This document shows, piece after piece, positions 38,611 through 48,108 of a stretch of DNA of 64,000 nt. Made by a program: the position numbers and the translations under genes. Positions within the stretch are counted from its first letter, which is position 1. Every line of letters starts with the position of its first letter. The notes beneath the pieces were generated by a model, which was not told the origin of the DNA, ran no database searches, and was given only the letters and a program-made list of their open reading frames with translations. Location: the IMG/VR virus record IMGVR_UViG_3300024258_000005; one strand, given 5' to 3'. This stretch comes from a virus.

Positions 38611-39503
38611 TAGAAACCTTCAATACTAAATATATCTTGTAGTTTAGCTACGGGTGTAGGTTTGATATATCTCAATTCATATCCTAAAAGACCGTTTGAT
38701 TTACTAGGTCTAATATCTCTTAGATGCTTGAACTTATCTTTAGTTTGAACTAAATGATTAAGACTTGTTGGTTTATCTAAATCTAAAATATACTCAACAT
38801 GTTTACCTTTAAAGTCATCAGGAAGAAACATAAAATTTAAACTCTTAGCAAATATACAATAATCAAAGCTTTGACCCCAAACTAATTTACCATTTGGTCT
38901 TATTCTAAGTTTGTGTAAACTTAAATTTGGAACTAATATATCATCTTTGAGATCTGTCATTATTTGTGTAAGTTGATCAGAGTATTGATCAATACTATCA
39001 AGATCTTCATCTATAGTTGGCAGACTAGTAGTGTCTTCCATTACTATAAAACTTTTAGTTTCAAGGTAGTATTTACTCATCCATGAGTATTTTTGAGTAG
39101 TAGTTGCTTTGTATAAAGCTTTTATTATATCTTCTAATGACATATTAACTTTGAACTTATCAGCAGCTGGACCAATTTTTGCAAAGGTCTCATGGACTGT
39201 ACTTACATCATAATTATAATATTCTTCAATATAAGCATTTACTTTGTCTTTGATAAATAATTTATAATCCGTTCCACCAACAGTAAGTTTAATAATATAG
39301 AGTTTCTCCATACTTTCGTCCATACTTTGATTGATATTATTATTGTCAATTGTTGTGAATAAAATAAGTTTATAATTACCAAGTGTTTCAACTATTTCAT
39401 CATCTAATTGTGTTTTATATTTATCTAATATATGTTTTTTATATATTATACATGCAGCTTTCTTTTCAACAAGTGTTCTATTTTTTAATTTTTTACGTGC
39501 CAT
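38610..39503 (-). CDS. Hypothetical protein, 297 aa
   Basis: Coupled on both sides; no family recognised. Confidence 0.65.
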   Translation of the reverse strand: MARKKLKNRTLVEKKAACIIYKKHILDKYKTQLDDEIVETLGNYKLILFTTIDNNNINQSMDESMEKLYIIKLTVGGTDYKLFIKDKVNAYIEEYYNYDVSTVHETFAKIGPAADKFKVNMSLEDIIKALYKATTTQKYSWMSKYYLETKSFIVMEDTTSLPTIDEDLDSIDQYSDQLTQIMTDLKDDILVPNLSLHKLRIRPNGKLVWGQSFDYCIFAKSLNFMFLPDDFKGKHVEYILDLDKPTSLNHLVQTKDKFKHLRDIRPSKSNGLLGYELRYIKPTPVAKLQDIFSIEGF

Positions 39504-40530
39504 TACTTCTCCTTAAATCTAAAGTACTGCAGTGTATTCCACCACCAAAGATTTCACAGTTATCTAATTCAATAGGTACTACTGTAAATCCATTTTGCTC
39601 AAGTACTTTTATAGTACCATAAGCTTCTTTATTAACTAGAACAGTATCATGACTAACACTTAGAACATTAATATCCATTCCTAAAGAGCTAGCGAGTTGT
39701 CCATCTAAATTGATTTTGTTTGATACATCTCTAACTTGATATTGTTCAGGTACTAATATTCGATAATTCTTTAACCATGGAATCTGTTTTAATAAAGCAT
39801 CTTTGTACTTAGGATTCACAAGAAAAGTATTTGAATTTAACTGAACAATAGCTCCATCAATATGATTATCAACTACACTAATTTCAAAGAATTCTTTATT
39901 TGGAAAGAATTTCTTTATCCAAAGATAACCTAAGTAATGGTTATAACTTGATATGTTAACAACTATCTTATCATGAACTCTTAAGAATTGGGCACCGTCA
40001 ATAGCCATCGTATAACCGCTCATATCTCGCGTATAATCTCTTTTAAGATCCCAGGCATCCAAATCTATAGTATCCTCGGTTATTATTGTTTTAGGCGCTG
40101 TAATCCATTGAGTATCTTGTTTAGCAAATATATCATACAATGCTTGGTTCTCAAAATATCTACCAGTTACATATGTAGGAGTCTCAATAATAATATCATC
40201 TATTACTATTGATAAATCTCTAACATTACTAGCACTTGATAATTCACTTTTAAATTGTGGTGTAACAACTTGTTGAACTTTGTCTACAATAGTCGGACGA
40301 TACACCTTAACTCCGAGTTTTTCTATAGTACTAGATAAATTATCTAAATCATAAATTCTCTTTTGTAATATATCTTTGTTAATGTGGTAGACGTCTTGTT
40401 CGTAAACTGAGTGATTTAAATTTGTTTTATAAAAATGTTTAAAAGTAAAATCTATACTTCTATCATTTAATTCAAGCTCTCTACCAACAATAACCTCATG
40501 TAATTTTGAGTATCCATTATCTGATCCCAT
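39493..40530 (-). CDS. Amidinotransferase (glycine/inosamine-phosphate amidinotransferase family)
   Basis: SKLHEVIVGR, IDGAQFLR (Asp), NHIDG (His), GGGIHCSTLDLRR (Cys) triad motifs. Confidence 0.9.
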   Translation of the reverse strand: MGSDNGYSKLHEVIVGRELELNDRSIDFTFKHFYKTNLNHSVYEQDVYHINKDILQKRIYDLDNLSSTIEKLGVKVYRPTIVDKVQQVVTPQFKSELSSASNVRDLSIVIDDIIIETPTYVTGRYFENQALYDIFAKQDTQWITAPKTIITEDTIDLDAWDLKRDYTRDMSGYTMAIDGAQFLRVHDKIVVNISSYNHYLGYLWIKKFFPNKEFFEISVVDNHIDGAIVQLNSNTFLVNPKYKDALLKQIPWLKNYRILVPEQYQVRDVSNKINLDGQLASSLGMDINVLSVSHDTVLVNKEAYGTIKVLEQNGFTVVPIELDNCEIFGGGIHCSTLDLRRSNGT

Positions 40531-40539
40531 TTAATTCCT

Positions 40540-41463
40540 TTATAATAATTCACAACCCTTAGATCGTAGAATATTTCTAATATTCTTTTCACAGAACTTA
40601 CAGCAATCATATTCAAAATCTAATATCTTACCATAATCTTGATCCCATATATTAATACCAGATTCTTCTAGCCATATATAACAAGGGTAAATATTTCCGG
40701 ATTGATCTATATGTATTGATCCATCTTCGAATGAAGTACAATGCATTGTTTTAGACTTGCGTTCTAATTTAGTCTTATTAATTAGTTGATTAGTATAATT
40801 AATTGCGGTCTGATAAAATTTAAGATCTTCGTTGTGAATAGGAAGTTTCTCTAGATTATAATCATCAACATATGTTGAATGATCTCTTGTGAAATAAGTT
40901 TTAGTGTAATTAACATTGTTAAATGTTTCGATCATCTCACGCATTTTTGTACTATTAAGATCTTCTTTATTATATGCAAATAATATATGTTGAATATAAT
41001 CATTCTTATTAATATTCTTGAATGCAGCTGCATTAGCTAAAAGATTATCTAATGAACAATTAACTCTATATGTTTCATGTAATTCTTGTGTGCTTCCACA
41101 TACAGAAAAATATACAGAATCACCTTCTTTTAATAATTTACCTAACTTATACCACCATTCAGGATTATGAGTATCTCCATTAGTACATATCTCTATGTCT
41201 AAATTTAAATTATGTAACTCTTTTATCAAATGAAATATTTCTTTATATAATGTTGGTTCACTTGTTGCACCAACCAAATTAATCTTATTCAAATTAGGAA
41301 ATAGTTTAATCTGTTCAATAATATCTTCTACTGATCTCTCATTATAAAATATCTTACCAGCTTCATTAAGTGTTTTATAATTTCTTGCACATAAAGGACA
41401 ATTTAGATTACATGTTCCGGTTAGATCAAATTCAATCATATTTACTTTACTTCTATCTAACAT
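40540..41463 (-). CDS. Radical SAM protein with twitch/SPASM-like C-terminus (CPLC group, 1)
   Basis: TCNLNCPLC; TNG; C-terminal CTSF...IDQSGNIYPC...CCKFC. Confidence 0.9.
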   Translation of the reverse strand: MLDRSKVNMIEFDLTGTCNLNCPLCARNYKTLNEAGKIFYNERSVEDIIEQIKLFPNLNKINLVGATSEPTLYKEIFHLIKELHNLNLDIEICTNGDTHNPEWWYKLGKLLKEGDSVYFSVCGSTQELHETYRVNCSLDNLLANAAAFKNINKNDYIQHILFAYNKEDLNSTKMREMIETFNNVNYTKTYFTRDHSTYVDDYNLEKLPIHNEDLKFYQTAINYTNQLINKTKLERKSKTMHCTSFEDGSIHIDQSGNIYPCYIWLEESGINIWDQDYGKILDFEYDCCKFCEKNIRNILRSKGCELL

Positions 41464-42410
41464 ACGAAATCCAATCCACTAATCTCAATCATCTTTTTAG
41501 TCTTAGCTTCACATAAGAAACAATCAGGATATGTAAATTCAAAGATTTTAGTATAATCAAATATATAATCTTTATGTAATTTAGTTGGATCATCACAAAG
41601 GAAATCATCTTTTGATTCAGGAAATTCCATACTAATATAACAGTAATGCATTTGACCAAATTGATTAATATGCATCTTTTTTGTATTGAATGCTTTACAT
41701 TCAATTGTTGCAGCATCACCAACTTTCTTACGACGATTGAATAATGTATTAATTGCATTCTCTCTAGTAATTAAAGGACTTATCTCTTTGGATACTTCCT
41801 TAACATGTTCAGTTAAACGTCTTCGTCCTTCTGTTCCAACAATATAACTATGAGAAAAACCTTTTACAATATCATTCATTGCTTCACTTTTTAAATCTTC
41901 TGTGTTGTATTTGAATTCAATTATTTGAAGGATATCTCTATTAGAATGTAATTTAAATGCTTTGGCATTATTTAGAATTTTACTAAGATCACTACCTACT
42001 CTATATTCAGCATTAACTTCTTGTGAACTTCCACATAATGTAAATGTACAAGAGCTTCTTTCATGTCCTTGTTTAAAAAGCTTTCCAAGAGATTCCCAAT
42101 ATTCAGTACTTTGTAATGAACCATTAGAAAACATATCAATATGTATATTTCTAGAATTAAAGTACTCAATAAGTTCTGGCAATTCTGGATATAATAATGG
42201 TTCACTAATAGCTCCAGCTAACATAATTCTAGTTAAATTTGGAAAGAAATCTAATTGTTTGATAATATCTTTTACTGGTCTAACATTCTTCTTTAATAAG
42301 TGTTGAGCATGAGAATAATTTCTTGTACATAAAGGACATTGTAAATTACATGTACCTGTTAAGTCTATCTCAAACTCTTTTATATCACTTGTTGTTAATG
42401 TTTTTAACAT
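41457..42410 (-). CDS. Radical SAM protein, twitch-like (CPLC group, 2)
   Basis: TCNLQCPLCTRNY; C-terminal ECKAF...GQMHYC...DCFLCE. Confidence 0.9.
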   Translation of the reverse strand: MLKTLTTSDIKEFEIDLTGTCNLQCPLCTRNYSHAQHLLKKNVRPVKDIIKQLDFFPNLTRIMLAGAISEPLLYPELPELIEYFNSRNIHIDMFSNGSLQSTEYWESLGKLFKQGHERSSCTFTLCGSSQEVNAEYRVGSDLSKILNNAKAFKLHSNRDILQIIEFKYNTEDLKSEAMNDIVKGFSHSYIVGTEGRRRLTEHVKEVSKEISPLITRENAINTLFNRRKKVGDAATIECKAFNTKKMHINQFGQMHYCYISMEFPESKDDFLCDDPTKLHKDYIFDYTKIFEFTYPDCFLCEAKTKKMIEISGLDFVC

Positions 42411-42412
42411 AA

Positions 42413-43249
42413 CTATCTTCCTTTTAAATGTAATGCTAATTCAGATGTATCTGATTCAGCTTCTGCTAACCTATATATTTTATTATCACTTAATATCTTT
42501 GAATTATTCTTACTACATTCCCAGCAATGTTTATCACCAAAATTCTTAAAAAGACTACAAGGATTTAACTTATTATCAGAACTTAGTAATGCGAAATTAT
42601 ATTCCTCCGCAGGACACTCTTTGGTGATATCTTCTCTATTCAAAGTACTATATGCTTCTGATACTAACTTGGGTAAATGTATTTCACTATCTAATTCAAA
42701 ATGTTCACTGACTGGTAAAGTATGAAAATACTCAGCCTTGTATTTATTAAATCTACTTCTATCATCATCTTTGTTATAATTAAATACAATATAGTTTAAT
42801 ATGCCTTTTTTAGAATACAGGTTAATGATATCTAATCGTCTAAGAACTGTATTTAGATTACTACCTACTCTATATTTTTCATGAAGTTCTTGAGTACTTC
42901 CACATACAGTTAAATATATATGACCGTTAATGCCTTTAAATAACATACCAAGTTTACGATAATACATATCATCATGAGTGTCACCATTAATAAATAATGA
43001 TACTTCTATATCGCGCATTTTTAAGTATCTTAAAAGTGGCACAAGTTTCTTATATAGAGTCGGTTCTGATGTGGGACCAGCCAGAGTAACATACTTAAGA
43101 TCTTTTAAGTTTTCTAATCGTTCAATTAAAACATTATAATCTAATGTTTTATTATCCGTTAATTCAGGATGAGTTTGTCTTATACATAATGGACATTGTA
43201 AATTACATATATTATTTAACTCTATTTCTATTCTTGTTATTTCTCTCAA
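42413..43249 (-). CDS. Radical SAM protein, twitch-like (CPLC group, 3), TTG start
   Basis: ICNLQCPLC; AGPTSEPTLY; C-terminal ECP...LNPC...HCWEC. Confidence 0.9.
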   Translation of the reverse strand: MREITRIEIELNNICNLQCPLCIRQTHPELTDNKTLDYNVLIERLENLKDLKYVTLAGPTSEPTLYKKLVPLLRYLKMRDIEVSLFINGDTHDDMYYRKLGMLFKGINGHIYLTVCGSTQELHEKYRVGSNLNTVLRRLDIINLYSKKGILNYIVFNYNKDDDRSRFNKYKAEYFHTLPVSEHFELDSEIHLPKLVSEAYSTLNREDITKECPAEEYNFALLSSDNKLNPCSLFKNFGDKHCWECSKNNSKILSDNKIYRLAEAESDTSELALHLKGR

Positions 43250-43259
43250 AAGATTTCCT

Positions 43260-43886
43260 TTAAATGTAAACTATATTATCAAAATCTTTTTCAGTTATCC
43301 ATCTCAATTGACTTTCGATTGTTGCATAAGTTCTATAATTTTTTAAAAGTAGTTTGTGATTAGCTTTGCTTAATTGAGGAGTATAATCTTCTAATGATAA
43401 TGAACCAGGAACTATATGAAATAATCTATTATTGTTATCAAGAAATGATTCTAAATTATGAAAGTTATTATCTGTTACAACAATCATATATTGAACATTC
43501 CCTGGTAAATCTTTTATTATCTCAGTATCTAAATTTTCAGAAGCATGGTATAAAATACTATTGAACTTATCAATTAAACTTGGATACTTCTCTAAGAATA
43601 ATCCATTAGTATTTAATGATAAATTATAGTCTTCAAATTCCTCAAGTAAATATAATATTTTTTCTAAGCTTAATGTTCCAACTTCGCCACCAGATAAAGT
43701 AATATTATAATCATTGTATTTCTCATGAACTAATTTAACTTTATTTTGTAATTCAATAGAACTTATAGCTGGTTGATTATGAGTATCAACACAACAATAT
43801 TCACAATTCCAATTACATTTATAAGTAACTATAATTTCAAGTTCTTTCTCATTAGCTTTCATAAAATCTAAATTCATTCCTTCCAT
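43260..43886 (-). CDS. Minimal radical SAM protein (DTHNQ group, 1)
   Basis: KCNWNCEYCCVDTHNQ; SGGE; NTNGLFLEKYP; 208 aa. Confidence 0.9.
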   Translation of the reverse strand: MEGMNLDFMKANEKELEIIVTYKCNWNCEYCCVDTHNQPAISSIELQNKVKLVHEKYNDYNITLSGGEVGTLSLEKILYLLEEFEDYNLSLNTNGLFLEKYPSLIDKFNSILYHASENLDTEIIKDLPGNVQYMIVVTDNNFHNLESFLDNNNRLFHIVPGSLSLEDYTPQLSKANHKLLLKNYRTYATIESQLRWITEKDFDNIVYI

Positions 43887-44578
43887 TATTTGTCCTTTGT
43901 TCTAAGTGAAACACAGTTTTCAAAATCATCTGATTCAAGAAACAATAAAGGTGCATGTGGTAAGAATAACCTATCTTTATATTTTTGATATATTTTAAAA
44001 CCTAATTTTCTATCAAGACCAGATTGATATACCTCTTTAACATAACCAGCATTAGCACCAATAACAGCAAATTGAAATTGAGGATACTTATTTAAATACC
44101 ATTCAATATCTTCAAATGAATCTTTATTTGTTACCACTAGTTGATAAATAAAATTATCATTTACAGGAATATGATCAAAGTGATATAATTTAATTTCTTT
44201 TCTTGATCTAACATCTTGTACTGTATGATAGAGAACATCGCTTATGTATTTAACAACTAAGTCAGGATACTTCTCTAAAAATAGCCCATTTGTATCAACT
44301 GTGATTACACAGTTCTTTTCTTTTAGGATTTCACAATACTTAATAATAAGATCTTTGGATACCATTCCTGGTTCACCACCAGCAAACGAAACAATAGTAT
44401 TATTTGGTACTTTAGCTAATTGATTCATAACAGAAGCATCATCTATCTGTTCATCTTGATTATGTGTGTCTGCACAACAGTACCAACAATCCCAATTACA
44501 TTTAAAAGTTAAATCAACATTGTAATGTATACTTGTTATCTGTTCAAAGTCTATCTTCTCTTCTTGCGTTTCTTGCAT
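43886..44578 (-). CDS. Minimal radical SAM protein (DTHNQ group, 2)
   Basis: KCNWDCWYCCADTHNQ; AGGEPG; DTNGLFLEKYP; 230 aa. Confidence 0.9.
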   Translation of the reverse strand: MQETQEEKIDFEQITSIHYNVDLTFKCNWDCWYCCADTHNQDEQIDDASVMNQLAKVPNNTIVSFAGGEPGMVSKDLIIKYCEILKEKNCVITVDTNGLFLEKYPDLVVKYISDVLYHTVQDVRSRKEIKLYHFDHIPVNDNFIYQLVVTNKDSFEDIEWYLNKYPQFQFAVIGANAGYVKEVYQSGLDRKLGFKIYQKYKDRLFLPHAPLLFLESDDFENCVSLRTKDK

Positions 44579-44579
44579 T

Positions 44580-45143
44580 TTAATTTCCTTTTAATAAATG
44601 ACTTATACTATCCCCGTGTACTTTATAGTTCTTGATTATATATAATGCATTCTTATTTGATAAACTATTTCCATTGACCTCTTTCATACTTGAAACAAAA
44701 AATTGAATATTATAGTTATCATAATACCAATCAAGCGCAAGAAAATTTGAATCATTAACCAACAACATATATGTAATTGGAACACTGATATCAAATAATT
44801 GTATTTCTTTTAACTCTTCTATATGCTCTATACAATGATATAAAATATCATCAACATATTCTTCTACTATCTTTGGATACTTCTCTAAGAATAAACCATT
44901 TGTGTTTAGAACAATCTCACAGTTCTTTTCTTTAAGTAATTTAAAGTACTCAAGAATATCTTCTTCATTAACAGTACCAGGTTCACCACCTTCAATATGG
45001 ACTGAACACCCTTCTGGAATATTCTCAATACATTTAAGTACTTTCTTTTTAGTAGCTTTTGAACTACTTTGATTATGTGTATCAACTATACAATAATTAC
45101 AATGCCAATTACAAACATAAGTTATAGGTAAGAAACAATTCAT
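44580..45143 (-). CDS. Minimal radical SAM protein (DTHNQ group, 3)
   Basis: VCNWHCNYCIVDTHNQ; EGGEPG; NTNGLFLEKYP; 187 aa. Confidence 0.9.
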   Translation of the reverse strand: MNCFLPITYVCNWHCNYCIVDTHNQSSSKATKKKVLKCIENIPEGCSVHIEGGEPGTVNEEDILEYFKLLKEKNCEIVLNTNGLFLEKYPKIVEEYVDDILYHCIEHIEELKEIQLFDISVPITYMLLVNDSNFLALDWYYDNYNIQFFVSSMKEVNGNSLSNKNALYIIKNYKVHGDSISHLLKGN

Positions 45144-45760
45144 CTAAACCCCATTACTTTTACATTTTGATCAACTGATGTATTTTCACCAAGTAGTTGC
45201 AAGATAGACTCTTTTGGAATTATATCTTTAATTTCATTATAGAGTTTAAATGCATTCTTAATACTTAGACTTGTTAAGTTTTGATTTTCATTCTTTCTTG
45301 CTCTATGAACATGAATAGGTAAATCAACATTGAGTAAGAAATCTCTAACAAGATGAAAATTAGTATCATCTGCTATGATAACATAATCCATAGGTACATT
45401 GATAATAGGCATATATACATCGTAATTAGTTAAATCATCTTGTACATGATAAAAGAAGTATTCAATATATTTAACTAACTCAGGATATCTTCTAAAGAAG
45501 AGTCCATTAGTATCCATGTGAATATTACAGTTCTTTTCTAATAATCTTTGTATTATTTCAACTAAAAATTCTTTCTTAGCCATTCCTGGTTCACCACCAG
45601 CAAGAGAAACTAAACTTCCATTTTTTAATGAATCAATACTATCAAATATATCTTGAGGTTTAGGTTCATCTTGATTATGTGTATCAACTATACAATATGA
45701 ACAATCCCAATCACACTTAAAAGTAATTAGTAAACAGTATTTTACTTTAACTTCTTCCAT
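45140..45760 (-). CDS. Minimal radical SAM protein (DTHNQ group, 4)
   Basis: KCDWDCSYCIVDTHNQ; AGGEPG; DTNGLFFRRYP; 206 aa. Confidence 0.9.
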   Translation of the reverse strand: MEEVKVKYCLLITFKCDWDCSYCIVDTHNQDEPKPQDIFDSIDSLKNGSLVSLAGGEPGMAKKEFLVEIIQRLLEKNCNIHMDTNGLFFRRYPELVKYIEYFFYHVQDDLTNYDVYMPIINVPMDYVIIADDTNFHLVRDFLLNVDLPIHVHRARKNENQNLTSLSIKNAFKLYNEIKDIIPKESILQLLGENTSVDQNVKVMGFR

Positions 45761-46644
45761 ATTATTTCCTTTAAAATGTTGATTATATTATCATCTTTAG
45801 TAAGTTCTACCTGATTGAGATTCTTTAGATCTTCTATGCGATATTTCAAACCAAGATCAGTATCCAAATAATCAATATTTAGATACTCAACATCAATACC
45901 GAAGTATTGACATTCTGCTATCATTCGTGGAGAACAATCCCATTTTCTCGAAATAGGAGTATAAATATATTTAGATATATTTATAAATTCTTCATAAGGT
46001 GTTCTTTCAATTTGACATATGTTAGATAATGAATCATAATAATCATTGTCTGTCAGTAATAAATAATTACCCGGATTACTTAAAATATAATCCTTAACTA
46101 CATCAAGTTCTAAAATTCGACAATTACCAGTTAGATACATTAATATTTTATCCGTTCTAATTGGTGATTTCAATTTACTAAATAAGATCTTTTTCTTATA
46201 ATCAATACCATTTACCTTTACTTGTTCATAGACTCTTTGGTCTTGTAACACATGAAGCTTAGGGTTGACATTATTTTTTATTTCTTTGTTTCCACATGCG
46301 AATGTAAAAACATTATCTGATAGATATGTTACTAAATTCATAGTATTTATATCTCCATCCATAAAGAATATATTCTTACATTTAATCAATGTAGGATGAT
46401 AATTATTAAATGTAGTAACGCTTAATAACTTTTCAACTTCTTGTTGAGTGAATGTGTACTTCTTTATAACAGTACGAAAATCTTCTTCTGATAGACCTAT
46501 AAATAGTACTCGGGTATCAAAAACATCTTTTAGAATATAATAGTAATCTATCAATTCAAAGATATGGCCACATATATTGTGACCATTATTATTCCAGGTA
46601 TAAGTTAATATTAACTCACCTTCTAGCATTAATATCTTTTTCAT
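45742..46644 (-). CDS. Possible GT-B-fold glycosyltransferase-like protein A
   Basis: C-terminal WDCSPRMIAECQYFGIDV resembles the GT4 nucleotide-binding helix motif (ExFP-x-x-x-x-EA-x-x-x-G-x-PV). Confidence 0.45.
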   Translation of the reverse strand: MKKILMLEGELILTYTWNNNGHNICGHIFELIDYYYILKDVFDTRVLFIGLSEEDFRTVIKKYTFTQQEVEKLLSVTTFNNYHPTLIKCKNIFFMDGDINTMNLVTYLSDNVFTFACGNKEIKNNVNPKLHVLQDQRVYEQVKVNGIDYKKKILFSKLKSPIRTDKILMYLTGNCRILELDVVKDYILSNPGNYLLLTDNDYYDSLSNICQIERTPYEEFINISKYIYTPISRKWDCSPRMIAECQYFGIDVEYLNIDYLDTDLGLKYRIEDLKNLNQVELTKDDNIINILKEIIWKKLK

Positions 46645-46647
46645 TTT

Positions 46648-47472
46648 TTAATCTTTTAATATTGTTTGTACCATTAAATCATTTTTGTCTAATGTGTATT
46701 TTTGTAATTGACCATCTTTGATATCTTTTTGGCGTAGTGTAGTGCTATCTTCAATGGTAGTTCTTTCTTCAATTATAATTGGAATATTGTACCATGCTGC
46801 TTCTACTATAATACGATTATTTGTATCTAAACCGATATGAACATAAACAATTTGGTCTATTATATTAAATAGATTTTTAATTATTTTGATATCACTCTTC
46901 ATTAGAATATTCTTTAAATTGTATTTCTCAGCAATTACAGCAATTTCACAACTATCACTCTTTCCCTTATTTACATAACTTAAGAATGTTGTTTCCGTTT
47001 TACAATTTTCAATTTGTTTAAAAATACTAAAGTTCAACTTCAAAGTGCTCTTAATATCAAATTTTTGATAATCATAATAACCAAAATATGTGGTACCATT
47101 CGGGCTTCTATAATTATCATGAGTTTCATTACTATAAACAAAATGTTCACCTCGAACAAAACCTCTTAATCGTTTATAAGATGATACATCAACGAATAAA
47201 GCTTTTCTAACATTATAAGTATACATCTGTACAGTAGTACAGAATTGTATATCAATTTCTTCAATATCGTATTTATCTTTAATAGCATTAAGTGAAAGAA
47301 TTTCATCCTCTTTTAATTTACGCTTAGCAACAATATATAAAGTACATAATGAATGTTGTTGTAGTAAATAAAAATATTCAAATGCATAATAAAAAGAACC
47401 GTTTATTTTGTTATGATCATTTATATAATATACAACCGCATTATGAGATTGTATATGATTAGGATTTATCAT
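46648..47472 (-). CDS. Possible GT-B-fold glycosyltransferase-like protein B (paralog of A)
   Basis: LDTNNRIIVEAAWYNIPIII; N-terminal INGSFYYAFEYF parallels ICGHIFELIDYY of protein A. Confidence 0.45.
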   Translation of the reverse strand: MINPNHIQSHNAVVYYINDHNKINGSFYYAFEYFYLLQQHSLCTLYIVAKRKLKEDEILSLNAIKDKYDIEEIDIQFCTTVQMYTYNVRKALFVDVSSYKRLRGFVRGEHFVYSNETHDNYRSPNGTTYFGYYDYQKFDIKSTLKLNFSIFKQIENCKTETTFLSYVNKGKSDSCEIAVIAEKYNLKNILMKSDIKIIKNLFNIIDQIVYVHIGLDTNNRIIVEAAWYNIPIIIEERTTIEDSTTLRQKDIKDGQLQKYTLDKNDLMVQTILKD

Positions 47473-47480
47473 CCTACTTC

Positions 47481-48086
47481 CTATGAAATGTCGTTTAGAT
47501 ATTTCGACATGAATGTAGCATATAGTTCATCAACTTTTGATTCATCAGTTGCTAATCTAATCTCTGAAAAATATTCAGTGTATTTCTCTTCTAAATAAGA
47601 ACTTCTAGCAATTTCATCTCTAGCATTTAAATACATCTCAAGTTTATCAATTAAAGCATCATCACCTGTTTCAAGTATTTTGAGATATGTTTCTTCTTTA
47701 TTATCATCATGAATAAAGTATCCATTATCACAAAGAATATTATTGATATTAATATATTGATACATCATTAGTCCAGAAACGTTTGCTTGCTGGTGTGTAA
47801 CCAATTGGCGTACTTTTTTAAGATATATACTTTTGTATAATTCTAACTCATTATTTACATCAACAATGATAAGATCATGTACTTGTATATCAATATTTTT
47901 ATAATCTTTTATAATTCTAACTATTTTATTATTTGATATATGTTTCTTTATTTCACTTGCAGCAAAGGTGCTTAAACCTAAGAAACCTGTGTGGCTCTCA
48001 AACTCTTTATTGTGTGATGCAGTTAAATATTCTATTTCAAAATATGTACCACAATCAATGACTGCTGCCATTTCAAATACTTTCAT
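47481..48086 (-). CDS. Hypothetical protein, 201 aa, helical C-terminus (possible fibre-assembly/accessory factor)
   Basis: ORF track, RBS AAGGA; GYFIHDDNKEETYLKILETGDDALIDKLEMYL. Confidence 0.55.
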   Translation of the reverse strand: MKVFEMAAVIDCGTYFEIEYLTASHNKEFESHTGFLGLSTFAASEIKKHISNNKIVRIIKDYKNIDIQVHDLIIVDVNNELELYKSIYLKKVRQLVTHQQANVSGLMMYQYININNILCDNGYFIHDDNKEETYLKILETGDDALIDKLEMYLNARDEIARSSYLEEKYTEYFSEIRLATDESKVDELYATFMSKYLNDIS

Positions 48087-48108
48087 TTATATTCCTTTTT
48101 ATTCCTTT

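Noticed and set aside
26153-39503. Three proteins starting M[AG]RKK (26350, 36943, 39503) as a shared targeting signal
   Set aside because: Lys-rich starts are common in AT-rich genes and similarity stops after five residues.
43260-45760. Minimal rSAMs as QueE of a 7-deazaguanine DNA-modification pathway
   Set aside because: No FolE, QueD, QueC or DpdA-like gene in the window, and the Cys spacing/DTHNQ signature is not QueE-like by eye. Cannot be excluded for the rest of the genome.
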